Source: Octopus sinensis | Lineage: Eukaryota | Reading direction: 5' to 3' | Length of the DNA: 64,000 nt | Assembly: GCF_006345805.1 (NCBI RefSeq) | Contig: NC_042999.1 | Coordinates: 91,574,001-91,638,000 of the forward strand | In this document: positions 1 to 11,907 of the stretch, piece by piece | Layout of the letters: every line of letters begins with the position of its first letter | Numbering within the stretch: the stretch's first letter is position 1 | Program-made: the position numbers and the translations under genes | The notes under the pieces: generated by a model | Databases searched by the model: none | What the model was told of the DNA's origin: nothing | What the model saw: the letters and a program-made list of their open reading frames with translations, nothing else

Positions 1-700
1 AGACAGTTTCCAAGCCAGTGTCGAGTATGTTTTAGATGAGTGGATGGCAGTTAATGGAAACTGAAGCGTTTATATATGTCTATGGTTGTTAGAACGGAAT
101 ATATGTGATATTTTTTGTTGTTGAAGCTATCAGGTATTTTCTGTGTTAGTTTTGTGAGGCTGTGTAAAACATTCAGTAATAAGCTGAATTCACGTTGTGA
201 TCTAGGAGCGATAATATGTGACTGGATGATGTCGAGAATTAACCTTTGTTCCGGTTTTTTGAAGATGGCTTATATGTCTGTATGATGATAGTATTCTGCA
301 TAATGTTAGTATTCTAGTTTTAGTTGGAGCTTAGAATTGTTATCATTTTGGGAATTTGACTATATTCATATTAGTAGTCACTTTTATAAAATAGTCAACG
401 CAGGGATTCTTTCCGGTCTCTGCTGTGTCAGACGTATATTTGTGATAACGTGATATATATATTAGTGATAACATCAGATATATACTTGTAATATCGCCTG
501 TTTTTTTACATTTTAGATTTCCATATCATTATGTGGGTGTCTGACGGAAGGTGAATAATTTTAGTTTAATATTTCAGTCTTCTTTGTATGTTTTTTTTAA
601 TGGCTTATATTCGAAAATGCTTGGAAAGAGTGTTTCCATGGTGTTGCATTATAGGTATACTACTTGAGATATGATATGTGATGTGGCTGTTGTTAGTGGT
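1..700 (-). mobile_element. Highly degenerate Penelope-like element, GIY-YIG region
   Basis: Reverse strand gives frameshifted pieces such as YKRFSFH and SKTYSTLAWKL, resembling the PLE endonuclease motif KKRF..H....ST.LSK..WKL. No open ORF. Confidence 0.4.
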
Positions 701-774
701 GGGGGAAGCTAATTTCTTTATATAATGTTAAAATTTTATTTGGCTATGAATGGAACTACTATTTGACAGTTCAT

Positions 775-779
775 TATTA

Positions 780-836
<57 letters not shown>

Positions 837-853
837 TATTATTATTATTATTA

Positions 854-888
<35 letters not shown>

Positions 889-1800
889 TATTATTATTAT
901 TATATGTTTGACTTTTGCTTTGTATTTGTACAAGTTGATTCCAAGTCTCACTCAGAGACAACAAGCTAGAAATTCTTGTTGGTGTTATGCCTAGAGTATC
1001 ATATATTTGGTTTTGCACATAGTATTGTTCTAGAGAATGTTTAAGAAAACAAGAAAAATATGGGTTTGTTTTACATTGTGAGATTACATAGACAGTATTT
1101 TACGTAGGATATGGGCAGTTCTTATGAGCACTATCTTTTGAATTTTTGCCGTTTTGGGGTTTCCTGGGTTCTGAGCTAGGTAGGAATCAGCCCCTTTTGC
1201 TATCATTCCTGGGGCACCTACGACAACAAGTATTATTTTAGTCTTCAGGTTTCATATATTGACAATTTCTATTTCAAGATTTTTATACTTACTCAGTTTT
1301 TGGTAGGTCTTGACAGATATTATGTCGATTGGGATAGTTATATCAATGAGGCGACATGATTTTTGTCTGAAGTCTTTCAATATAATGTCTGGCCTATTCT
1401 CATCTATCTTTCTGTCAGTTTGAATAGTGAAGTTCCTGAGGTGTGAGATGTGATCATTTTCAAGCACTGGAGGTGGTTTGTGTTCCCACCAGTTTTTATC
1501 ATGGGGTAGGTCAAGGTTTTTGCAAATTACCCAGTGAATATATTATGCAGCTCTATCATACCTATAGGCGCAAGAAGACTGCATACGAAGACAACATGAT
1601 CAATGGTTTCATTTTGTTGTTGACATGCACGACATGATCAATGGTTTCATTTTGTTGTTGACATACACGACATGTTGAGCTACTGCCGTTCTTTAATATG
1701 TTGGCCTGGTAGTCCCTTGTGGGTAGGCATTGATCTTGGACTGCTATAATAAGCCCTTCTGATTCTGATTTTAAACGAAGAGCGCAATTCGATTGCAATT
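775..1800 (-). mobile_element. R4/Dong-like non-LTR retrotransposon, 3' portion (CCHC finger, REL endonuclease, 3'UTR, (AAT)n tail)
   Basis: ESEGLIIAVQDQCLPTRDY..CRVC....ETIDHV (1562-1798), FTIQTDRKIDENRPDIIL..CRLIDITIP..KLSKYKNLEIEI (1252-1467), VVVGAPG, and IQKIVLIRTAHILRKIL before the stop. A (TAA)n tail lies at 775-902. Confidence 0.9.
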
Positions 1801-3432
1801 TATATTTTATTCGTTGAACGATATTTCGACAGTAAGTCTGTCTTTGTCAAGTTCAAAATAAGAAGTGACAAAAATTCAAAATTATAGAAATTTAAATTAA
1901 AAGTATGAACGAGAGCAACCAGCGTACACATGTTGATGGAATGACATCATCAGTCTTCAAGTTTCAATTTTATAACAGGCGAAAAGAAAAAGACGGAAAA
2001 AAAGGGGAAAGAAAAAAGAAAAAGGTGTATTTAGTCAAACAGTTTTGTATAAATTTGATGATAATCTCCTGTCATTTTATTCATTCCTCCAGGGTGTGAT
2101 GTTCATAACCCGCAAGCATATTTCTCCACATGTATTCTGAGATGTGAATACAGAAAATAGATGACAGAAAAAAGACAGAAAAAATGCAGAAAAAAAAGGA
2201 AAGAAAAAGAAAAAGAATATTTAACCAACCAGCTTTATGCTAATTTGAGGATATTCTCCGATCATTTTATTCATTCCTCCAGGGCTTGATGTTAATAATC
2301 TGCAAACATGTTTCCCCTCATGCATTTTGAGAAGTAAGTGAAGTAGATTCAGAATATTTTCTGAGAATATGTACTTTCAAGTCTTTTTCAAAATCGCAGC
2401 CGTTTGAAACGAAATGTTCAGCAAGTTCTTTCAAACTACTCTTATTATGCCTCACGTCGAATCTGTGCCCATTATTTCGCTTCTATAATTGTTCTGTTGA
2501 ACAACCAACATATATCAAGATGATGTGTTTCGTGCATTCTGCCGCGTACACCAAATGGGAATCACTACATGTCCTACCTTCTTTATAAATCATAACACTT
2601 CTGTTATGATTCCTGATGGAATTCGCTTGACTCATGTTGTTGCACAATGAACAGGGCTTACCTCCCTTGCGGCTGTTTTTCAAGGTACAGCATGCAGATA
2701 CTCTAATGTTCGTTTATTTTTTGGAATCAGAAATATAATTCTCTTATATTCTTATTCCGCCTATTGGCTACAAGAATCGGCTGAGGGAATATCTGTTTGA
2801 AACGAGGATGTTTTTTCGCCACATGCTGGTAGCTTTCATGCGACACTTTTGAAATGCCAGCGAAATTTAGGTGCCAGTTGATCACTTAATGAATTCTGTC
2901 ATCTATTGTATTGCATTTGCTAAAATAATGTGTGAATGTTTGACTATCTTTGCTAATCTTAGCTTTTTCATTTGCTATTTCCTTTAATCGGTATTCACTG
3001 AAACCGCGTTTGACATAATGATGTACAAAAGTATTTGCATGTTTCCAGTAATCTCCTATGTCAGTACAAATCCGTTTTATCCTAAAAAATTGGGATTTAG
3101 TATTTGACCGAATCATATGATGTGGTTGATCTGAGCGGTAGTGGAGATAAATGTGCGGTGACGTGGCTTACAAAATAACTCTGTCACTATTCTGCCTCCA
3201 GGAAACTTAACTTTTGTGTCCAAAATTTCAACGCTAGTTTTTGTAAAACTAGACGTAAATTTTATGTTGTACTTAAAGCTATAGTTTTAGTATAACGGTG
3301 ACAGAAATGCAAAAATTCAATTAAACTATCCAGTGATCATTCCCAGTCAAAAAAGACGTCATCAATGAACTGTAACCAGAGTATTTGTTGATGGACATGA
3401 AAGGATTTGATTGTCTTCAGTAACTGTGTCTC
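1800..3432 (-). mobile_element. Penelope-like element copy 1 (5'-truncated RT + GIY-YIG + partly duplicated 3' end)
   Basis: LWLQFIDDVF and KFTSSF..VEILDTKV (RT), SQFFRIKRIC..KRGF (2886-3116), C..C..TCSDSHLVYAAEC...YVGCSTEQL (GIY-YIG, 2483-2683), terminal PGGMN. Closely matches the copy at 20555-22140. Confidence 0.92.
1814..1856 (-). ncRNA. Minimal type I hammerhead ribozyme, U3-A8 core variant
   Basis: Minus strand reads TTGAAC-TTGACAA-A-GACAG actta CTGTC-GAAA-TAT-C-GTTCAA: 6-bp helix I, 5-bp helix II, palindromic ATAT helix III, AUC triplet. It sits at the 3' end of a PLE. Confidence 0.65.
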
Positions 3433-3568
3433 AAGATACAGTTACTGAAGACCTGTCCTCTGTAGCCATTGGTGCATTAGACTTTGATCAATGTTTGGCG
3501 TTGACAGGCGGTTAGGGTATTTTCCATGCATATTATTTATTATTACCATTATTAGTATTATTTTTATT

Positions 3569-3950
3569 GGCGAGCTGTCAGAATCATTAAGAATGCCGTG
3601 CAAAATGCTTAACGGTATTTCGTCTGCCGCTACGTTCTGATTTCAAATTCCGCCGAGGTCGACTTTACCTTTCATCCTTTCGGGGTCGATTAAATAAGTA
3701 CTAGTTAAGCACTGGGGCCGATATAATCGACTTAATCCGTTTGTCTGTCCTTGTTTGTCCCCTCTCTATTTAGCCCCTTGTGGGTAGTAAAGAAATAGAA
3801 ATGGGTATTTCGTTCGACTTCACATTCTGAGGTCGACTTAGCTTTTCAACCTTTTGGGGACGATAAAATAAGACCAGTTAAGTACTGGGGTCGATGTAAT
3901 CAAATTACCCTCGCCCTTAAATTTCAGCTCTTGTGCCTTTAGTAGAAATG
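3569..3950 (+). mobile_element. Dimeric tRNA-derived SINE with Meta-like central domain
   Basis: Head ggcgagctg.cagaatc.ttag with B-box-like ttcaaattcc, body gtcgacttt.cctttcatcctttcggggtcgat, then a second headless monomer starting ggtatttcg at about 3805. Confidence 0.85.
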
Positions 3951-4697
3951 ATTATTATTGTTGTTGTTGTAGCTGCTACTGTCTTTTTTTTCCAGTGTTG
4001 TTTGATGCTGAGATTCATTGCAGTTGTGCATGATTCCTGACTTTTATGAAGTTGAATGTTTGTATTGTGTGACGAAAGGTTTGAAACTTTATGTTGATAT
4101 ACATTTTATTGCTAGTTTTATCACGGGAGCGTTCCTTTCTTCGAAGGCCTTCATTTCTGGTGTAGTACTTTTCCTTATTTTTTAACGAATGTTATTAATG
4201 TACTTTTTTCTATATAAAATGCTCCTGTTGTATAGGGATTTGTCTCGTACGATTTGAGTGTTATTAAGAATCGTGAGAGTTCGGTTTTGGTAGAAAGAAT
4301 TATTGCTACATTAATGCCATGGGATAATAAAATCATTTATTTCTACACACACACACTCACACACACAGACACACAGACACATACACATGCGCACACACAC
4401 AACATACATACATATATTTAATAGTGTTAGTCTTTTATGAATAATTTTTTTAAAGATTTATTTTATCCTTTTACAAAATTTATTTTTGCGTGCTTAAAGT
4501 ATATTTTCAAATTTATTCCTTGCGGTAAAATAACAGCATTATAATTTTGATTTCCCTTGTAAAGTAGTGTATACACACACACACACACACACACACATGC
4601 CCGAAACATCAAAGTCCTTTTTCCTTCTTTTCAAATGTTAAACTAACACCTTTATCAAAATTTGTCTCTCTTCTTCCGTGTTTCTTTGTTTCTGCTC

Positions 4698-4701
4698 AAT
4701 C

Positions 4702-4762
<61 letters not shown>
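4698..4762. repeat. (CAT)n microsatellite
   Basis: Direct reading. Confidence 0.95.
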
Positions 4763-4900
4763 ATAATCGAAAAATCGCAAGTAACGACTAAAGAGGTAGA
4801 CCTCAATAACGTTGGAAATAGAGGACTATATTTATTGAATGACACAGTTGAGACATGCATACAAGACTCCAACAATACAATTGTAGGCGTATCATTCAAT

Positions 4901-4940
<40 letters not shown>

Positions 4941-5132
4941 TAATGAAGTCAACTTTTTGCAATATAAGACCAAAAAACAAAGATTTAATTCTCACCAGTT
5001 GTGACTGAGGATGCCGAGTAGCACCTATATTGTTAGAAATAGAAATTAAAAATCCTTAGAGCTGCAAGAAAGCGCATTTTCACATACTGACAGGGGAGAT
5101 AACGGCTCCCCAGTGAAGCTAGATTAATATAC

Positions 5133-5171
5133 TAGACTAGTTTCGCTTGAAAATTACAATCTCCTGAGTAG
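5133..5171 (-). ncRNA. Degenerate minimal hammerhead motif
   Basis: Minus strand CTA-CTCAGGA-GATTG taatttt CAAGC-GAAA-CTAG-TC-TAG. Helix I and palindromic ACTAGT+C are intact. The core differs from CUGANGA at one conserved position (G5 to C) and helix II has one mismatch. Confidence 0.45.
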
Positions 5172-5591
5172 TGACTTCTCCATCGTTGGATGGTTTGGCT
5201 AAATCATGACACTCAGTATATATATATATATATATTTATCGTATAAATGTAGTATGGCTGATTCAGAAAAATGTTAATGTTAAAATTATAATATATATGT
5301 AAATATTTTGTCAGAGTTTTAATATTTTAAAATATTTGTCAGAAAAATACCTTAATGAGGATTTTAGAGTTCGCTTCTTGCGAAGTTATTTTCACTGTCG
5401 TTCTCTGAAGGAGTTCAGTTAGATAGATTTCCGTGTGACTACGATTTTCACTTGTTCTATATTGTCTCCATAACCAAATCGTCTTTCTTTCTGTCGAAGG
5501 TTCGTTTTGTTTGAGAAGGAATTGGTAACCCCTGGCTCAAACATCATAGCATATCCAGACTGGCAGCCTAATTAATAACCATGCCAGTTTT

Positions 5592-5990
5592 ACTCTCTTT
5601 ACTCTTTTACTCTTTTACTTGTTTCAGTCACTTGACTGCTGGCATGCTGGAGCACCGCCCTTAGTCGAGCAAACCGACGCCGGGACTTATTCTTTGTAAG
5701 CCTAGTACTTATTCTATCGGTCTCTTTTGCCGAACCGCTAAGTGACGGGGACGTAAACACACCAGCATCGATTGTCAAGCAATGCTAGGGGGACAAACAC
5801 AGACACACAAACACACACATACATATATATATACGACAGGCTTCTTTCAGTTTCCGTCTACCAAATCCACTCACAAGGCATTGGTCGGCCCGGGGCTATA
5901 GCAGAAGACACTCGCCCAAGATGCCACGCAGTGGGACTGAACCCGGAACCATGTGGTTGGTTAGCAAGCTACTTACCACACAGCCACTAC
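5592..5990 (-). mobile_element. tRNA-derived CORE-type SINE (OR-like octopus family)
   Basis: Minus strand: gtggctgtgtggtaag..ccacatggttccgggttcagtccc head, CORE-like ggcatcttgggcgagtgtcttc, internal (GT/AT)n, (GTAAAAGA)n tail. Confidence 0.9.
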
Positions 5991-6063
5991 TGCTGCTAAT
6001 TGATTTTAACACGTCAGAGTAGGGACTAAACGTCATGAATTAATTTTGCTTCCAAGCAGCGGT

Positions 6064-6291
6064 TACTCTTTTATTTGTTTCAATCATTTGACAGCGGCCA
6101 TGTTGGAGCAGCACCTTTAGTCGAACAAATCGACCCTACAACTTATTCTTTGTAAGCCTATTACTTATTCTATAGGTCTCTTTTACCGAACCGCTTAGTT
6201 ACAGGGACGTAAACACACCAGCATCGGTTGTCGAGCGATGGGGTGGGGTAGGGACAAATACATACACACACATACAAACATACATTCAAAC

Positions 6292-6351
<60 letters not shown>

Positions 6352-6527
6352 TATATATATATACATATATACGACGAGCTTTTTTCAGTTTCCGTCTACC
6401 AAATCCACTCACAAGACTTTGGTCGGCCCGTGGCTATAGTAGAAGACACTTGCCCAAGGTGCCATGCCGTGGGGCTGAACCAGGAACCATGTGGTTGGTA
6501 AGCAACCTACTTACCACTTAGCCACTC
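6064..6527 (-). mobile_element. CORE-type SINE, second tandem copy
   Basis: Same head, body and tail as 5592-5990, with a longer internal (AT)n. Confidence 0.9.
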
Positions 6528-7230
6528 ATTTATTAATAATGTAATTGTAAGCATCATTACTATGTTTGAGATGTCTTGGTAATCTAATAAATATTTGGAC
6601 TCCTTAGTTGTACACATATAGAGATCTGAGACTTTGCAAGCATCATTAACAAGTATACGAGTTGTTTATGTAATCTAAGTTTCTATAATTTATCAAGGAT
6701 ATTGAAACATCGAATGAATTATCTGCCAGAATAAAAGACAAAATTCCTCATCCTGTCAATAGTTTATTGTCGGTAGCCCAGACTGTAACTTTCAAATAAT
6801 AACGCGGTCGGTGATAATATATTAGAATGTAGTAAGGCAAAAAAATTTTAGATAACTTATAACTGTAACCAAAGCACGAAGAACTACTCATTATCTTAAT
6901 GATTAATTTTAATAAAAAACCGTGGAGACAAACTTTGAATTTAAATTAATTTGTGTTAATTAAAAACTGAATACTGTAGAGATTGCATTTGATCATTTGT
7001 GGTATGATGACATTTCCCAATTGATGACAAGACCAGTTCACTTATTTATATGTAACACAACTCACTTCTCTAAGTAGCATCATCCGTGGGTCCACTATAA
7101 AATTGATACATGGTTCGTTAGTATGCAGGGCTACATACAAGTTCTATGGTTCTTTGTCGTTTAATAAAGAACACGTTTCCAGAAGCTGACTTATCTTTAC
7201 TGGTTTTAATTCAAAATATAGCGTTTACAG

Positions 7231-7408
7231 TAAGAAAGAAGACGAAGCTGTATCTGAAACAGTAATAAATACTGATCTCAATTGTAAGTCAATATATTAC
7301 ATACACACATGCACACACATATATACATGGTGACTGTCTACTTGTAAACGAGTATGCCCATCTCTGACATATTATCTTATTTCAGATGTTAAAGATAGTG
7401 GCTGTTAG
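7231..7408 (+). other. Possible penultimate and terminal exons of an unidentified gene
   Basis: tttacag|7231..7283|gtaagt, a 102-nt intron ending ttatttcag, then an in-phase splice reading KKEDEAVSETVINTDLN-YVKDSGC-stop (7408). AATAAA at about 7562. No recognised homology. Confidence 0.25.
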
Positions 7409-8888
7409 TAATACTGAAATTCAAAGTCAATATCAGCTGGCACAACGGCGTTAAGACTATGACCTACAAAACCAAGCAGCCCAGAAACAAGCAAGGTCAA
7501 GATATCCAGTTTTACAATGATTCGGATATTATTTCAGAATCCCCTTCTGGAGTAGTGTCTAAATAAAGACAAGGGTTCTTTCAGCACCAGCTGTGAGGTG
7601 ACCATTGACTCTACTGAGTGCATCCGTTCTTTGACAGACTTTATTTTGCCTCGTGCATGATGTCCGATAAAACTACCCTCCTTATCAAGCAGGCCTGGAA
7701 GAGTTGGCGATTTTCTTGCCGACCGCCCGACCATGTGACCGGTTTTACAGTGTTACGTGTTACCAGTAGCACAGAGAATGGCCTGACATACAACACTATA
7801 ATATACATACATATATATGTCGGTGTGCGTGTATGTGTGTGTGTGCGCGCGCGCGTACGTGTGAGTATGCGTGCGTATGTGTGTGTGTGTAACTTGCATA
7901 AAACAGGCACGTTAACTTTTGGTGTGATTTAAATAATACTACAGATCCTATGCATTCAATATAGAGATATTGAAAACTTGGAATGATCACGCTCATCTTA
8001 CATAATCGCCAACACAACTACATCATAAACAATGTTACAATATGAATTCATTATCACCAACATATTACTATCCACTATCCTCACTGTTCTTGTTACTATG
8101 TTACTATCACAACTCTATCATAATCACCAAATTACAACCGCAAATACTTCACCCAGAGTGCCGCCATTACTAGTACACCACTAACACCATTTAATTCCCA
8201 TTATCATGATAGCCATCATCCCGTCATTGTTATTACACCTTCAATACCAACCAAACCCTAGCACTGTTTCCATCACCTGTATCACTTCTAGCGCTAATAA
8301 TTCTCAAATTCAATTCGACGTCATGACAAAGACAACTTAAATTCCAGCAATTACCAAAATAATACAATAATCTAACAAAACTACTCTCCACTTTGCAATC
8401 TTGTTTACATTACACTGTATTATCTTAAACAAAGGACACATTAGATGGTGTAATTCTCGCATATAATGTGTCACAAAATATGAAGAGGTGTAATTACTAC
8501 GTTTTTCATCATACACATGATTGATCAGTACTGATCGGGGACCAAACAATCACTATAACACAAAAATATCCCCTAGCAATAACAATGGTGACAATAGTAA
8601 GTACTAGAAACAATGACATGATATTTCAATGGCGCAAGAAATAATGTAGTAATATTCATATAGTTCATCCCAGAAACCCAAATACACCCCATTTCCGAAC
8701 ACATACGCACTACCATTTAATGTAAAGTCTTATAACTTACATAATATTTTGCATTTAATACGTTGATGACATTCAAGCTTTAAAGGGGTATGGCAACATA
8801 TCAAGAATACAAGTATTAAAAATTAAGAGGCATAATGGGATGAGTTAAGTTATTAAAAACACGCGTACACAAGCATACACTCACACAC

Positions 8889-8921
<33 letters not shown>

Positions 8922-9659
8922 GCTTACAAACAGTCATTTCTAATTACAAACTTCATTCATAAAACCCGGGAGCACTCAGAAAGAGCTAGGGAGATCAGCC
9001 GTTAATAGACATCGTCTTCATGTCTTGGGCATGTTGTTCTTTTGTTACTTTCACTACTGCTGGTTTATTTCTTTTGGCTTTCTTTATCTTGCAGGAATAA
9101 GACCATCACGTGGTTTAACTACCAAACATGCAGCAATGATATATTTCGCCCTGCGCCGCTAAGTTTCATTGATCGCTTCGTTACTCCCTGAGGGTGATAC
9201 AACGGCAGGATAGCTCTATGATATTTAGAAATCCTTAGCGACCGAATGCTCACACAGATCCCACCCAACTACATGCTGTAGATATCCTCTTTGCTCACCT
9301 CATGAGCGTAATATTGCGGAAAGTTGACAACCTAAATGCCATCCTCCACGGAAACATATCTCAACACTCATATATTTCTTCATATTACGAAAATAGCCTG
9401 TGATCAACGAATGGCGATCCAACAGCACCATCTCTCTCTATATTTCTTTCCGTGTCATAAAAATCACACACATACACAGTCTACCTCAAACCTTTCCAGT
9501 GAAATACACATCCTGTCACTGACATAGCTTGATCTACGCTTCCTCTTTCGAGGCAATATAGAAGGTAACCCCACTTTATTGGTTGTTTTTTGGAAAAACA
9601 TATACGTCACCTCCTCTATCCGTCTTTCTAGGATAAAATCGACGGGTAAAGAGGAATTG

Positions 9660-10045
9660 CTTTTGTTCTAACCCAAATTGCCTTTTGTTCTGATCACGAA
9701 CAGAAGTTGTGGTGGAGCATCATGGCTATGTGTTGAGGGGAATTCTTTGGGGTTTGGATAGTTCACTTTTGGAAACATGGGTGTTTCGTTCAACATCCTT
9801 AAACAGCCCTTATTCAGGGACCTTTTGAGCGATATGAGTTACTCGACCCGAAGAAAATTCTAACTGGGCCCCACCATCAAGGTCATGTGTTGTTTACCTT
9901 GATATGAAATTACCATGTCAAGCACATATTGTTGTGGTGCATGTGCCTGGTGTGGCCTTATGAGACAGGTCGTCATAATGGGTATACTGGGCTCCCTATA
10001 TTTTGTCCCAGTGTCACTGTGATGGCATGTACTGCTCTCCCACTC

Positions 10046-10127
<82 letters not shown>

Positions 10128-10134
10128 GCGGTGG

Positions 10135-10174
<40 letters not shown>

Positions 10175-10197
10175 AATGATGATGATAATAATAATAA
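9660..10197 (+). repeat. Unclassified interspersed repeat with (AAT)n/(GAT)n tail
   Basis: About 400 bp homologous in reverse orientation to 23470-23950 (shared ggaaacatgggtgtttt..caacatcct..ggacctttt.gagc..gaagaaaattctaactgg.cccc). Confidence 0.75.
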
Positions 10198-10259
10198 TCT
10201 TTTCTACTATAGGCAGAAGGTGCATCAAAAGACTTAATTAAAAAATCAACTAATTAAAA

Positions 10260-11829
10260 TACTCCCACATACAACATCTACACTCAACAAAAACGAAAAG
10301 GCTGGAGTTGGAAAAACTTCATCTGTAGACCAACATGAAAACCTCCTTTGAAAATCAAAGAGCTGCAGAGGAACAGTGGGTAATCAAAAAGATGAAACAG
10401 AACCTAAAAGTATTCTATTCATATGCAAATAAGCATAGGGCTGCTGTCTCACCCGTTGGTCCATTGATCGATGATAACGACATTCTCCAACATGACGCTA
10501 AAGAAATGACAGAAGTACTGCAGAAAGAGTACTGCTCTGTCTTAAGTGAACCCACTGATATTGACGTAAGGGATGTGAACGAAGTCGATTCCGAACATAT
10601 AATCTCGGACATAACCTTCACTGTTTCAGACATCATAGCAGCAATAAATGAAATCAAATACTATTCTGCTGTAGGCCCTGGTAGTTTCCCCGCTAGTCTC
10701 CTGAAGGAATGAAGACACCAACTTGCAGTCCCTCTGAACAACCTCTAGAGAAATTCTTTATAGACTCAAGTTATATACCGAAACAGCTCCTATCCCAGTC
10801 TGTCATCCCGGTTTTCAAACAGGGAAACAGAACCCACACAGTCAAATATCACCCAATCTCACTTACCTCCCATATCATTAAAGTGTTTGAAAGGGTGGAG
10901 ATATCAAGGATAACTGGCTTCCTGGAGATCCACAAACTCCTAAATTCAAACCAGCCTGGATTTCACTGCAGTAGGGACTGTGTAATACAGCTCTTACCCC
11001 ATACCGATGATAACCTTAAAGCCTTGAGATCAGGTTCGAACTCTGATGTCATGTATCTCGACTTCAGTAAAGCGTTCGACAGAGTTGACCATAATATCCT
11101 ACTGTCTAAATTGTCAAACGTTGGAATTCGTGGAAAACTTCAACACTGGATCGAGTATTTCCTGGAGAACTGAACATAACATGTTGTGATCGGTGGAATC
11201 CCCGCAAGTCCAGCAAAAGTCACCAGTGGTGTCCCTCAGGAGACTGTCTTGGGCCCGCTCCTCTTTATAGTGTATATAAACGACCTTTCCAGCATCATAA
11301 AACACAGCAAATTGAAAATATTCGTTGATGACTCCAAGCTCCAGAAATTTATCAATGAAGAAGACCAAACTGAACTCCAATCTGATCTACATTTTGTGAG
11401 TCAATGGGCAGACAAAAACAAAATGCGACTAATTGAGGCAAATTTGAGGTGAAGCATTTTGAAAGAAAGACTATGCTAAAACAGTTATATTCTCTTCTTT
11501 CAGGGGAACCGCTCACAACCTCTAATAACATCACAGACCTAGGAATAATTGCTGATAATCTCAGCTGGAGTGGCCATATCAACAATAAGGTCGGTATAGC
11601 TCGTAGGATGAGCTGCTGGATCCTAAGAACTTTACGGTCTAGAGAACAAGGTGTCATTATTCCTCATTTCTCCTCCTTTGGACGGCCACACCTCGAATAC
11701 TGCTGTCCCCTGCAGTCTCCCCATATAAAACAAAACATCTCGAAAATTCAACCACCCAAGGGGTCAATCACTAAAAGAATTAAAGGCATGGCTGATCTCG
11801 ATTATTGAAATCGCCTTAAAGCATTGAAA

Positions 11830-11830
<1 letters not shown>
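10260..11830 (+). mobile_element. CR1-group LINE ORF2 fragment (RT domain), frameshifted
   Basis: KVFYSYAN..VGPL, SAVGP..FPASLLKE, YHPISLTSHIIKVFER, NQPGF, YLDFSKAFDRVDH, VTSGVPQETVLGPLLFIVYIND, FVDDSK, TDLGII, RPHLEYC across ORFs 10335-11808. Confidence 0.93.

Positions 11831-11907
<77 letters not shown>

Noticed and set aside
1900-1965. CTGATGA on the minus strand in the PLE 3' region (also about 20600)
   Set aside because: There is no downstream GAAA or helix set. It is part of a simple TGATGG/CCATCA hairpin.
7534-7790. GC-richer stretch with short ORFs on both strands
   Set aside because: No recognisable motif and no consistent splice pair.
9070-9330. Strong-looking acceptor (ttctttatcttgcag) and an opposite-strand GTGAG donor
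   Set aside because: All frames close quickly and there is no homology support.
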